Assembly: GCA_965195285.1 (NCBI GenBank)
Contig: CBDAFS010000041.1
Coordinates: 1 to 64,000, forward strand
Origin: an uncultured Aminicenantes bacterium
GTDB lineage: Bacteria; Acidobacteriota; Aminicenantia; UBA2199
Direction of reading: 5' to 3'
Length of the DNA: 64,000 nt
Shown here: positions 21,744-31,325 of the stretch, piece by piece
How the letters are laid out: each line of letters opens with the position of its first letter
Numbering within the stretch: the stretch's first letter is position 1
Made by a program: the position numbers and the translations under genes
Notes under the pieces: generated by a model
The model's database searches: none
The model's input: the letters and a program-made list of their open reading frames with translations, nothing else
Told to the model about the DNA's origin: nothing

Positions 21744-22535
21744 CTATAGCATTTCCAGCTCTTGGTCTGTAATGGTCATCTGTTCGATGGGTGCCTGAAA
21801 AACGATTTCACCGTTTTTAATTACCGAAACAAAGTCAGCGATGGCCCGAACCCTTTTTAAATGGTGGGAAATGAACAGAATACCGATTCGGTAACGGGCC
21901 AGTATGGATTGAATATGCTTCATGAGCCGGGAGGCCATGATCTCATCCAAAGAACTGAGGGGCTCATCCAGAATGATAAATTCCGGATTCAGGATCAGGG
22001 CACGGGCCAGGACGATTCGCTGCAGCTCACCCCCGGACAACTCGGATGGATATCGTTTCAGGTAGGGTCGGGGGACCCGAATTACCTCCAGCATGTCACT
22101 GATTTTTTGTTGAATTTGCTTTTTTTTAAACCGTGCTATTTTCAGAGGTTCGGCTAATATCCGGTAAATACTGAAGGTCGGGTTTACCGCCAGATAGGGA
22201 TTCTGGAACAGGATCTGGTTCCTTTTTCTGAATTCCCGGGTATTGACCTGGTTGAGGCTTGTACTTTTGTAGCGAATGTGGCCGGAATCAAAATCCTCAA
22301 GTTTAAATAAAATTCTGGACAGGGTGGATTTACCGGAGCCCGAAGGCCCGACCAGGGCATTTATTTTGTTTTCATACAGTTTTAGGTCGATTCCCTTCAA
22401 TGCATGAAACGTTTCTTTTTTTCTTGCAAATGATTTCTTTTGGTATGACTTGACAACCTGCCGGCATTCAAACCGGACAGGGATATCTTTAGAAATTGGG
22501 GATAGATGTGATAATATAACACTCTGGCCGGTCAT
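21744..22535 (-). CDS. ABC transporter ATP-binding protein (DppF/OppF-like)
   Basis: GPSGSGKST, LFQNP, LSGGELQR, ILDEP, FISH. Confidence 0.9.
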   Translation of the reverse strand: MTGQSVILSHLSPISKDIPVRFECRQVVKSYQKKSFARKKETFHALKGIDLKLYENKINALVGPSGSGKSTLSRILFKLEDFDSGHIRYKSTSLNQVNTREFRKRNQILFQNPYLAVNPTFSIYRILAEPLKIARFKKKQIQQKISDMLEVIRVPRPYLKRYPSELSGGELQRIVLARALILNPEFIILDEPLSSLDEIMASRLMKHIQSILARYRIGILFISHHLKRVRAIADFVSVIKNGEIVFQAPIEQMTITDQELEML

Positions 22536-22539
22536 CTCT

Positions 22540-24573
22540 TTATTTTTTTATATATTTCAGAGCCTGGTTAACTGCTTTGAGCAGGGGTTTAACCGATATC
22601 TTGGAACCCACAGCTTTTTTCATCCATAGTTGAGGAATGATGTTTCCTGTAGCACATAATCTTTCCATTTCTTGGGCTACGTTTTTATCTTTCATCCAAT
22701 CTTCAATCTGGAACTGGATTATATGGCCGATGGCGTAATCCGGCAGATATAACGGGTAGGCAATCATATGGGAATAAATGGCCAGTATTGGCTGGTCTTT
22801 AATCCTGAAAACCGGAGCATAGTATTTGTTCCATATTTCTTTGGCAATAGATATTATGGCTGCTTTAAGTTGAGCCGGTGTGGCATCGGGATGTTGATAC
22901 ATCCAGTTCCAGGCCTTCATATCAACCAGAGATACGCCCATGATTTCATACGCATTCCAGAAAATATCCAGGGCTTTTAAATGATGCTCATGGGTTTTGT
23001 CCCGCTTAATTCCCAGAATATCCAGATCTCTATCTTGAAAAATATAGGCAAAACATTCGGTAAAAGCTGCATTGGGAACACCGTTCAGTGCATAATAATC
23101 CACATCATGAAGTGTCAAGGTTTGCTCGACAGTGTGTCCCAGCTCATGCACGGCAATGTTAAATCCTTTGTAATTCATTCCCCCTTTGGGTGCCCGGGTT
23201 CTCAGACGGGATTTGGCGGTTTTCATGGCAGCTCCTGCTGCATGTCCGGCTCCGCGTGAAGCATCAACTTGAATTTTTCCAGCTATAAATTTTGCCCGCT
23301 CTTTTGTCCAGCCCAGTTTTACCAGTATCTCCTCTATTCCTGTTTCAAAAGCCTGTGTATTCGGATACTTCTTCGAAACTATCTTATCCAGTTCTTCTTC
23401 TGGAATTTTGGTTAAACTTTTAAATCCTGGATACCAGATGTCAAAAGCATGCAATCGGCGTTTTAATCTTCTTCTGATTAATCTTGTCACTTTTTTTACT
23501 TCTTTTGATGAAAGTAATTCTTTGAATAATGTCTCGACCTCAGCTTCAGGGATTTCCCGGTTGGATTCGAATCTTCTTTTGATAAAATTAGGAAAAAAAG
23601 GATTATGTTGATCAGCCATCCTGATGGCCTTAAATACATTTAATAAGTTCTGGTATCGGGTATCAGGTTCAGGCCCGGCTGCGACTTCTTTCCCATTTTT
23701 ATATACCTTATTGGAAAAAGGATTCCACTGTAATGATGCGTTATTTATTACCTTTTCAGGAATTTCTTGTTTGATGATGCGTTCCATGACTTTATAAATC
23801 ATCTTTTGCTTGAAGAGTCCCTGCGGGTCTTTATATCTTGCTTTTAATTCATCCCGGATTCCCCAATGGGTAATGAGTTTCAGCTTTTCAGGGAAATAGG
23901 ATTTTATTTGTTCATCGATCAATTTACCCATGAAAATATTGTATTGAGCGATGTAGGTGTCAGACTGGGTCATGATATTGGATATTTTTTGGTTTATTAT
24001 AGCAGGAGTACGGGAAGAGAACTGATTCCCGGTCCTGGCATAAGCCCACTCTCTCCGGTTCCATATTTCCCCCTTGATGATTAATTCATCAAGCGAGTAG
24101 TGGGGGAAATTCAAAAGAACAATAAAGGCAATTTTATTTTTAAAAAAATCTTCGCTAACATGTGATGCCGGATTATATTGCCCAAATACCATATCAATGG
24201 GCATAATTTCACCCCAATCTAAATCCAGCGGCCGGCGTAAATCCAAAATCATTTCTGTATAATAGCCATTGATAACTTCGGAAAAGGTTTCCAATCTTTT
24301 AAAATTGGATTCCAGTACTTCCGGGGAACTGATGAAGTATTTTTGACAAAATGCAAGAAATTCATCTCTATTGCCATCTTCTTTGGTCCAGAAAAGGGAT
24401 GTCTGTTTAACACCCCTCTCGATTCGGAATCGGTTTTGGTCACTATGTTTCGTTAACAGTGTTTTCTGAACCGTTTCAATGGTTTTCTGGTCAATATAAT
24501 TGGTGCTGGTGAAAACTGTGACCGAAAGAATAAAGAAACAAAAAACAAATAATCTTAAAATTCCCTTTTTCAT
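22540..24573 (-). CDS. Secreted putative zinc metallopeptidase (gluzincin/M3-like)
   Basis: Signal peptide; HELGH followed ~27 aa later by FTECFA (third ligand Glu); later YSH...Y. Confidence 0.65.
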   Translation of the reverse strand: MKKGILRLFVFCFFILSVTVFTSTNYIDQKTIETVQKTLLTKHSDQNRFRIERGVKQTSLFWTKEDGNRDEFLAFCQKYFISSPEVLESNFKRLETFSEVINGYYTEMILDLRRPLDLDWGEIMPIDMVFGQYNPASHVSEDFFKNKIAFIVLLNFPHYSLDELIIKGEIWNRREWAYARTGNQFSSRTPAIINQKISNIMTQSDTYIAQYNIFMGKLIDEQIKSYFPEKLKLITHWGIRDELKARYKDPQGLFKQKMIYKVMERIIKQEIPEKVINNASLQWNPFSNKVYKNGKEVAAGPEPDTRYQNLLNVFKAIRMADQHNPFFPNFIKRRFESNREIPEAEVETLFKELLSSKEVKKVTRLIRRRLKRRLHAFDIWYPGFKSLTKIPEEELDKIVSKKYPNTQAFETGIEEILVKLGWTKERAKFIAGKIQVDASRGAGHAAGAAMKTAKSRLRTRAPKGGMNYKGFNIAVHELGHTVEQTLTLHDVDYYALNGVPNAAFTECFAYIFQDRDLDILGIKRDKTHEHHLKALDIFWNAYEIMGVSLVDMKAWNWMYQHPDATPAQLKAAIISIAKEIWNKYYAPVFRIKDQPILAIYSHMIAYPLYLPDYAIGHIIQFQIEDWMKDKNVAQEMERLCATGNIIPQLWMKKAVGSKISVKPLLKAVNQALKYIKK

Positions 24574-24652
24574 TTAACCCTCCTGATTTATACTTTTTAT
24601 CTTTTGGTTTAACTGGGATAAGATATAATTGACTCGCTTTTCCGGTCATTTA

Positions 24653-25111
24653 TCACTGCATGATTTCGGGCCGGTCGTCGGAATCATCTCCGTTCGTATC
24701 ATCCGGGCCGTGGAACCGGCTGTTTTTAACCTGCCAGTGGCTGGATTGAATTTTATTTTTCATATAGGTTAGCAGCCAGCCCACAAACAGTTTTCGGGAC
24801 TGGGGCAGGATCAAAGAGAATCCCAGTAGATCGGTGATGAATCCCGGGGTGATGAGCATCAGCCCGCCAACCAAAATCAGCAATCCCTGAATCAGTTCAT
24901 CTCCGGGGATTTGACCCTGGTTCAGTGAATTTCTAATCCTGGATATAATACCGGCACCCTGGGATCGGGCAAATGCAGCTCCCAGAATCCCGGTCAGGAT
25001 GATAATCAGGATGGTGTTCAGGGTTCCCAGGACCTTTCCCAGCTTGATCAGAAGGGAGAGTTCGATGAGGGGAACAACTACAAACAGAAAGAGCAGCCTG
25101 GGAAATACCAT
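24653..25111 (-). CDS. fxsA: FxsA family membrane protein
   Basis: VPLIELSLLI, TGILGAAFARSQG, GGLMLITPGFITDLLG. Confidence 0.9.
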   Translation of the reverse strand: MVFPRLLFLFVVVPLIELSLLIKLGKVLGTLNTILIIILTGILGAAFARSQGAGIISRIRNSLNQGQIPGDELIQGLLILVGGLMLITPGFITDLLGFSLILPQSRKLFVGWLLTYMKNKIQSSHWQVKNSRFHGPDDTNGDDSDDRPEIMQ

Positions 25112-25183
25112 GTTAGCGGTCCACCGTTTTAGAAATGCTCATCATGGAATTTATAACACAAAAGTTTTTAACAGTAAAGCGGT

Positions 25184-25384
25184 TCAGGCAATAGATGAAG
25201 CCTGGCTGCTGATATGATCCCGGGCAGCCTTAAGGGTTTTGAACTGGTATTTTTGACGGGAATCCCTGACCTCATATACAATCGATCTATTCTGAAAATC
25301 GGTTATTTTGGTTACCACCATGGATTCGTTGTGATTGATTTCCGAAATGATTTTTTCAAATTTCTTAATCGGTGTTGGTTGCAT
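25184..25384 (-). CDS. Small hypothetical protein, divergent from the repressor
   Basis: 66-aa ORF preceded by AAGGAG RBS. Confidence 0.6.
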   Translation of the reverse strand: MQPTPIKKFEKIISEINHNESMVVTKITDFQNRSIVYEVRDSRQKYQFKTLKAARDHISSQASSIA

Positions 25385-25576
25385 GTTGGCTCCTTGCTGA
25401 TTTTTGACCGGATTTTACATGATACCGGTAATTTGGGAAATGGGTTACGAAAATAAACATCATATATAATTAATAATATAAAATGCAATATAAAGCAACA
25501 AAAAATATTAAAAAATATAATTTAATTGAAAAAATAAATAATTAATACAATATAATAATAGGGTCAAACAGTATAA

Positions 25577-26287
25577 ATGATATATTCGGGGCTTCAGGAT
25601 ATTATCAAAGATAAAATCAGAAATATTATTGAGTCCCGATTTTCCAATAAAAAAGAGTTTGCCCAATTTGTGGGCATAAACAAGGCTACCATTTATCAGG
25701 CAGTGGATATACCCTCAAAAAAAGATTTTACCCTGAATCATTTGTTTTCCATTGCCGAACGAGTGAAGATCCCGGTTTACAATTTGCTTCATCCGGAATC
25801 ACTGCTGCCCGGTTCCCGGGTTGATGAGTTGGTCAATAAAGCACAGGAATTCCGCGACCAATTCAGGATGGTACCGGAAATCGAAGCCGTGGCCTGCGGT
25901 CATCTGTCTAATATAGCGGCCGATCATATCATTCATTATAAGGTATTCAACCGCCAGTATCTGAAAGATACCTTCAAGCCCTTTATCACCCGGGCCAGCG
26001 GTGATTCCATGTTTCCCACTTTTTCCGATGGGGACCTGATCCTGTTTGACCGGAACCCGGATAAATTGATTAATCCCCATGATGATCATATTTATATAAT
26101 CAACACCAGTCCTTTTTCCGAAGATTTAGCTTTGACCATTAAAAGGGCCATCATCAAGGAAAATGACCTGTGGCTAATTCCGGATAATAACCAATACCGC
26201 ACCGAGACCATTGAAATGGATGAAAAATCCTCGCCCCTGCAGTATATCCTGGGTGTGGCCATCTGGGTGGGCAAAGAGTTGAAGTAG
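25577..26287 (+). CDS. CI/LexA-like repressor (XRE HTH + S24 peptidase)
   Basis: N-terminal HTH (KKEFAQFVGINKATIY), VACG cleavage-type site, GDSM and TIKR Ser/Lys dyad. Confidence 0.85.
   Translation: MIYSGLQDIIKDKIRNIIESRFSNKKEFAQFVGINKATIYQAVDIPSKKDFTLNHLFSIAERVKIPVYNLLHPESLLPGSRVDELVNKAQEFRDQFRMVPEIEAVACGHLSNIAADHIIHYKVFNRQYLKDTFKPFITRASGDSMFPTFSDGDLILFDRNPDKLINPHDDHIYIINTSPFSEDLALTIKRAIIKENDLWLIPDNNQYRTETIEMDEKSSPLQYILGVAIWVGKELK
26204..26286 (+). repeat. 83-bp direct repeat, copy 1 (3' end of repressor gene)
   Basis: GAGACCATTGAAATGGATG...GGCAAAGAGTTGAAGTA; 82/83 identical to 31121-31203. Confidence 0.95.
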
Positions 26288-26344
26288 AATTAAGTTTAAA
26301 AAGTTAATAGCAGATAACAATCATTTTTATCAATCGTTTTAAAA

Positions 26345-26372
26345 TTGACAATTTTTTTATTTTTTGTATGAT
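26345..26372 (+). promoter_or_regulatory. Putative sigma70 promoter for the S8 protease unit
   Basis: TTGACA-16 nt-TATGAT. Confidence 0.5.
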
Positions 26373-26418
26373 ATTTATATAATTCTCAGCATGTTTATTA
26401 TATTTATAGAGAGGTAAA

Positions 26419-29307
26419 ATGAAAAAATTCATATGTTTTATGATTGCCCTTCTTATGACCTTTTTGTTTATATATTCAGATGTTGAGAACCGAAAAAGTG
26501 ACAAATATCAACCAAAAATAGATAAAACAGATGAGATAAAGAGCAATAAACTTATTGGTCCTTTAAAAGAGGTGGTAAAGATCTACCGGGAAGTTCCAAA
26601 ATTGACCTGCTTGGATATTGCCAGATATCGAAGCAACAAGTTCGAAGCCTTAGGAAAAAAATCCGAGCTGTTGACTCAGGAGGAAATGGAAAGTTTGATA
26701 TTTACATATCCGACATTAAAAAATCAAGGAAAAAAGGACATGGGGAAAAAAAGTGATCTTCTGATTAATGCCCTTATTCATCCAGAAATTCAGAAAAGAT
26801 GGAAAAATCCTCCCTATGATGTTCTTAGATGCAACATTGAAGTTAAGGGGAATCCATATAATCTGGAGAATAGTTACTTAAAAATCAGGAGTGTGTCCAG
26901 GATTGGGAATAAGACAATTGCCAATATTGAAGTCGCCGGAATAGAAATCGAAAATGTTGCTGAAAAGAATTCAGTAATCCGGATTGAACCGATATTCAAG
27001 AATAAAACAAATAATAATATTGCTACCGTTGTAACCGGAGTTGCTCGAATCAGGAACGGTCTGTTCAATAACATCTATACCAAGGGATATACAGGCAGTG
27101 GAGTTATTGCAGGTATTATTGATACCGGAATTGACTGGAGTCATGAGGATTTTATTGATCCTTTGACCAATACCACCCGTATTTTATATATCTGGGATAC
27201 CGAAGACTCAACCGGTCCGACACCATCCAGTGTATTTGGTGGAAGCTTATCAAGTCTGACTTATGGAACGGTCTGGACAAAAAATGATATTGATGATGGG
27301 ATGTGTACTTCAATAGATTCCTATGGACACGGTACCCATGTTGCCGGCAGTGTATCGGGAAATGGTTATGCTACCGGCAGATATACTGGTATGGCACCCA
27401 ATGCGGATATTATTATTGTAAAAGGATTGGATAATAATGGCATCCTTTTTATATATGAAATTGCAGCATCACTGGGTCAGCCTTGTGTGGTGAATATGTC
27501 CTATGGGCCTGATTATCCTCTCCTCTACATATCTTATTGGCCTGAGCCCTGGCCGGCTGATGGAACCAGCCTGAGAGCTCAGATGATAGATGGATGGAAC
27601 AGTACTTACGGACCTGGTTGTATTCCGATTAAGGCAGCCGGGAATGAAGGGCACTGGAATACCTATTCCGATTTATCAGGAGGTAATTATCCATATATGG
27701 TCGGAGGATATCATTCCCAGGCTTCTCTGGCCGGCTTGGCCTCAAGTACCCATTATATGGAGGTTCCCGACTATGCAGCATTATGGAATGGATGGGGATT
27801 AGGTACTCCGACTGCCAGCGACTGTCCATACATTCTTATCGGGATGTGGTATGAACAGCCGGTACAGATTACCATTATTTCTCCCAACGGACATACGATT
27901 GGACCGATGATTCATGGAAATACCGGGAGTGCACCCACAACCGGAGATGGCCGGTGCTATTTTAATCTGTCAAATACCACTGCTGCTGCCAATGGTTTTT
28001 TCTATGGTGCCCTGCAATTGTTATATAATACAGATCCAGCTACGGAGCCAGCACCCGGTACCTGGGAGATTCAGGTTGATCCGATTCCAAACGGATCAAT
28101 TGCAAATCCAATGATTGATATCTGGGTTAATGATATACGATATATAGGGGGGGTTTTTGGAATTTCCTGGTATCCGTCAAGAGTTAAATTTAATGGTCAG
28201 AATACCCATTCAAATTATATTATTGATGAAGGAGCATCTCCCTTTTTGTTATGTGTGGGTTCATGGACTACCCGAAACACCTGGACCGATATTGATGGAA
28301 ATCAAAATACTAATTTTACTCAATCCTGGTTGAATGACATCACCTATTTTTCTTCACCAGGGCCTTCGCGGGATAGAAGAATTAAGCCTGATATTGCTGC
28401 ACCGGGAGATATTATTGTTTCTTCCCTTAGTAAAGATGCAGGCTGGACCAATGAATTTCTGGTGGACTCCCGTCATGGTGTTTATTCAGGTACTTCAATG
28501 TCTACAGCCCAGGTTTCTGGAGGTGTGGCTTTGATTCTGGAAAAATATCCGGTTCAGGATGTGAATAGTATACGGGGCCTCATATCTCAGTGGGCACTTA
28601 ATGATAGTTATACGGCTCAGAGAGGCGAGAGTGCGTTTGGTTATGGAAAATTCAGTGTATTGGGGCTCAACGATCCCCCAATTGCGGTTTTAAAAAAGGA
28701 TAAAGAGCAAATTTCTCTGGATAGTCAGGATAAAACAGTGGTTTTTGATGGATCTGATTCTTATGATCCCGAAACGTTCCCTCTGTCATACCGTTTTGCT
28801 TTAGAAACTGAAATCATAACATCCTATTCAAGATCTAAAGTTAAGGCAAATAATTTAAACTATAGTTTTGTGGAAAATGGCTCCACAGCCACATTGGAAC
28901 CGGATCCCTATGCAGAAGTAACCTATAAGGTTACCCTGGTTGTTAATGATACCATTGCAGATAGCAGTAGGGCCGTAACAACAATTGAGGCCAGGTATTT
29001 TCCACTGTATCCACCCAGTAATGTATTTTTAGAAAAAATTGAAAATAATCTAATTTTTTATACGGAATATATAAATCGACTTGGCTGGCAACATAATCCA
29101 GCCAATAAGGGTGAGATAAAGAATTATAGAATTTACAGGAAGGAGAAAGGGCAGATTGATGATTTTTATCAGGTGCTTACCTCTGTGGAAGGTGATGTGT
29201 TGAATTTTGATGATAGAGGTTTAAGTATGGATGGATTTTATACTTATAAAATTACCTCAGTGAATTATGGAGATAAAGAGAGTGCTCCGGTTGTGGTGTC
29301 AAATTGA
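26419..29307 (+). CDS. Secreted S8 subtilisin-like serine peptidase with PKD-like and C-terminal FN3-like domains
   Basis: IIDTGID, HGTHVAG, AAGNEG, KPDIAAPG, GTSMS; FDGSDSYDPE; YRIYRK...YTYKITSVN. Confidence 0.9.
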   Translation: MKKFICFMIALLMTFLFIYSDVENRKSDKYQPKIDKTDEIKSNKLIGPLKEVVKIYREVPKLTCLDIARYRSNKFEALGKKSELLTQEEMESLIFTYPTLKNQGKKDMGKKSDLLINALIHPEIQKRWKNPPYDVLRCNIEVKGNPYNLENSYLKIRSVSRIGNKTIANIEVAGIEIENVAEKNSVIRIEPIFKNKTNNNIATVVTGVARIRNGLFNNIYTKGYTGSGVIAGIIDTGIDWSHEDFIDPLTNTTRILYIWDTEDSTGPTPSSVFGGSLSSLTYGTVWTKNDIDDGMCTSIDSYGHGTHVAGSVSGNGYATGRYTGMAPNADIIIVKGLDNNGILFIYEIAASLGQPCVVNMSYGPDYPLLYISYWPEPWPADGTSLRAQMIDGWNSTYGPGCIPIKAAGNEGHWNTYSDLSGGNYPYMVGGYHSQASLAGLASSTHYMEVPDYAALWNGWGLGTPTASDCPYILIGMWYEQPVQITIISPNGHTIGPMIHGNTGSAPTTGDGRCYFNLSNTTAAANGFFYGALQLLYNTDPATEPAPGTWEIQVDPIPNGSIANPMIDIWVNDIRYIGGVFGISWYPSRVKFNGQNTHSNYIIDEGASPFLLCVGSWTTRNTWTDIDGNQNTNFTQSWLNDITYFSSPGPSRDRRIKPDIAAPGDIIVSSLSKDAGWTNEFLVDSRHGVYSGTSMSTAQVSGGVALILEKYPVQDVNSIRGLISQWALNDSYTAQRGESAFGYGKFSVLGLNDPPIAVLKKDKEQISLDSQDKTVVFDGSDSYDPETFPLSYRFALETEIITSYSRSKVKANNLNYSFVENGSTATLEPDPYAEVTYKVTLVVNDTIADSSRAVTTIEARYFPLYPPSNVFLEKIENNLIFYTEYINRLGWQHNPANKGEIKNYRIYRKEKGQIDDFYQVLTSVEGDVLNFDDRGLSMDGFYTYKITSVNYGDKESAPVVVSN

Positions 29308-29320
29308 TCGGGAGAAAAAG

Positions 29321-29887
29321 ATGAAAAAAGTAATTGTATTGATACTGAGTCTGATATTATTGGGAAATATGGCCTATTCAATCGATTTGGAATTCGGGAT
29401 CGATTTTGGAGGAAGAACTGTATCTGAAAGTGAAATAAAAAATGTATATGGTGGAACCGAATTTATTTATTGTCCTTATATTTCAGCCAATATTACCAAC
29501 CGGTTAACACTGGGTATTGGTTATGAGGGTGGTTCCAGGTCTGAAGGCAGTATCGGCATTTACAATGAAAAATCAACTTTTAAAATATCTGGATTTGAAG
29601 TATTTATGGCCTACCGGATAAAATTAAAAAAGCTTACTCCCTTTGTTAAGCTGGGATATGGATTTTATACCTACCAGCAGGTGGTAGAGAGTGAATATGT
29701 CAATGAAATTGATGAGGGAAAATCCGCACTTTCACTGGCCGGAGGAGTTAAATATCATATTACTAAGAGATTGTTTGCCCGGGTGGAACTAAAATATGTT
29801 CCCATGAAAGTCATGCCTTTGGATGTTGAAGTGGATCTCAGCGGCTTGAGATATGCCATCGGACTTGGTTATCGGTTTGAACTTTAG
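29321..29887 (+). CDS. Small outer-membrane beta-barrel protein
   Basis: Signal peptide, amphipathic strands, PFVKLGYG, C-terminal GLGYRF. Confidence 0.75.
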   Translation: MKKVIVLILSLILLGNMAYSIDLEFGIDFGGRTVSESEIKNVYGGTEFIYCPYISANITNRLTLGIGYEGGSRSEGSIGIYNEKSTFKISGFEVFMAYRIKLKKLTPFVKLGYGFYTYQQVVESEYVNEIDEGKSALSLAGGVKYHITKRLFARVELKYVPMKVMPLDVEVDLSGLRYAIGLGYRFEL

Positions 29888-29940
29888 AGATCAAACCGGT
29901 TGGTTGATAAGATAATAAGGTGTGGTCGTAATAACATTCA

Positions 29941-31086
29941 ATGCCAGAGAATGTGATGAATTCAGATTTTATGCTTAATCCCCTGAAAAATAGGATCAAA
30001 ACCATTTTATGGTTGATACTGCTGCTGGGAATCGATTTATGTTCAGTTGATTTACTATGGAAAAAACCGCTGAATAGTGAAATTTCAGGCTCCCCGGTAT
30101 ATTTTAGTAATCACATTGTTTTTACAACCAAATCCGGAGATCTCTTCTGTGTTAAACCGGATGGACACACAATATGGCAGAAGCAATTCAATCATTCGAT
30201 CATGTCTGCTCCATCAATGGATGAAAATGGAGATATATTTGTTGGCACAACCGGAGCAAAGATATACTGTCTTTCTCTCGCAGGAGAAATAAAGTGGGAG
30301 GTTAAATTAAGTTCGGGAATCAGAACTACACCTCTGGTTTCAGAAGAGAAAATAATTGTTGCTGATGAATCGGGAATGGTATATGCCTTGAACAAAAATA
30401 ACCAAAAGATAGTTTGGCAGATCAATCTGAGCCTTCCCGTTTTTGCCTCGCCTGTTTTTCTCAGAGATAAAAAAAGTATAGTGGTCCCCACAAAAGATCA
30501 CTATGTTTATGTTCTTGATGTGAATGGGTTTATCTGCTGGAAATTTAAAGCCCGGGGGGTCATATTTTCGTCTCCAGCTATCTCCAAGAATAATGAAATA
30601 TATATTACCTCCATGGATCATCATATTTATAAGTTGTCTCCCGCGGGAGAGCTGTTATGGACGTTTAAGGCCCAGCGATGGATTATTTCATCTCCGGTTA
30701 TAGATCAAAATGGTAATGTATATTTTGGAAGTTATGATAACTATTTTTACTGCTTGTCTGGCAATGGAAAATTGAAATGGAAGCAAAAGGGAAAAGGTGG
30801 ATTTAATGCATCTCCGGTCATTGATTCGGGGGGAAATATCTATACCGGAGATAGTTCTGGTACATTCTACGCTTTTAGTTCTCAGGGAAAAGTGTTCTGG
30901 ACATATAAAATTGATGATTTTATCAGAAGCGGGTTTTCAATTTATTCTCCAAAGACAATATTAATAACAGGATCGCTTGATGGATTTCTTTATGCATTTA
31001 AGATAAAAGGAGTACTTTCCGAATCGGCCTGGTGGCCGAAACACCTTGGAAATAATCGAAATTCAGGTCATAAAGAAATGAAGTGA
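29941..31086 (+). CDS. PQQ-like beta-propeller repeat protein
   Basis: Repeated SSPxI-D-x-x-G-x-x-Y...G-x-x-x-W units; C-terminal WPKHLGNNRNSG. Confidence 0.85.
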   Translation: MPENVMNSDFMLNPLKNRIKTILWLILLLGIDLCSVDLLWKKPLNSEISGSPVYFSNHIVFTTKSGDLFCVKPDGHTIWQKQFNHSIMSAPSMDENGDIFVGTTGAKIYCLSLAGEIKWEVKLSSGIRTTPLVSEEKIIVADESGMVYALNKNNQKIVWQINLSLPVFASPVFLRDKKSIVVPTKDHYVYVLDVNGFICWKFKARGVIFSSPAISKNNEIYITSMDHHIYKLSPAGELLWTFKAQRWIISSPVIDQNGNVYFGSYDNYFYCLSGNGKLKWKQKGKGGFNASPVIDSGGNIYTGDSSGTFYAFSSQGKVFWTYKIDDFIRSGFSIYSPKTILITGSLDGFLYAFKIKGVLSESAWWPKHLGNNRNSGHKEMK

Positions 31087-31120
31087 TATTGTAATCATAT
31101 AAAAAATACAGTCCCGGGCA

Positions 31121-31203
31121 GAGACCATTGAAATGGATGAAAAATCATCGCCCCTGCAGTATATCCTGGGTGTGGCCATCTGGGTGGGCAAAGAGTTGAA
31201 GTA
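31121..31203 (+). repeat. 83-bp direct repeat, copy 2 (orphan 3' fragment of repressor gene)
   Basis: Matches 26204-26286 with one synonymous change (TCC to TCA); followed by TAA instead of TAG. Confidence 0.95.
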
Positions 31204-31325
31204 AGTGTCCTGTTAAGATTCGGTTAAAAAAAAAATTATTTTGCTTGATTATATTTTTTTGTTTCATTACAATTTTTTCATTGCGATTCAAAACTGCATG
31301 TAAAAATTTTAGAAGAGGAGGAAGT

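Noticed and set aside
26204-31204. DGR template/variable repeat pair (both differences have A in the second copy)
   Set aside because: Only two differences, both silent; no reverse transcriptase or Avd in the window and no AAC-rich template. A target duplication explains it better.
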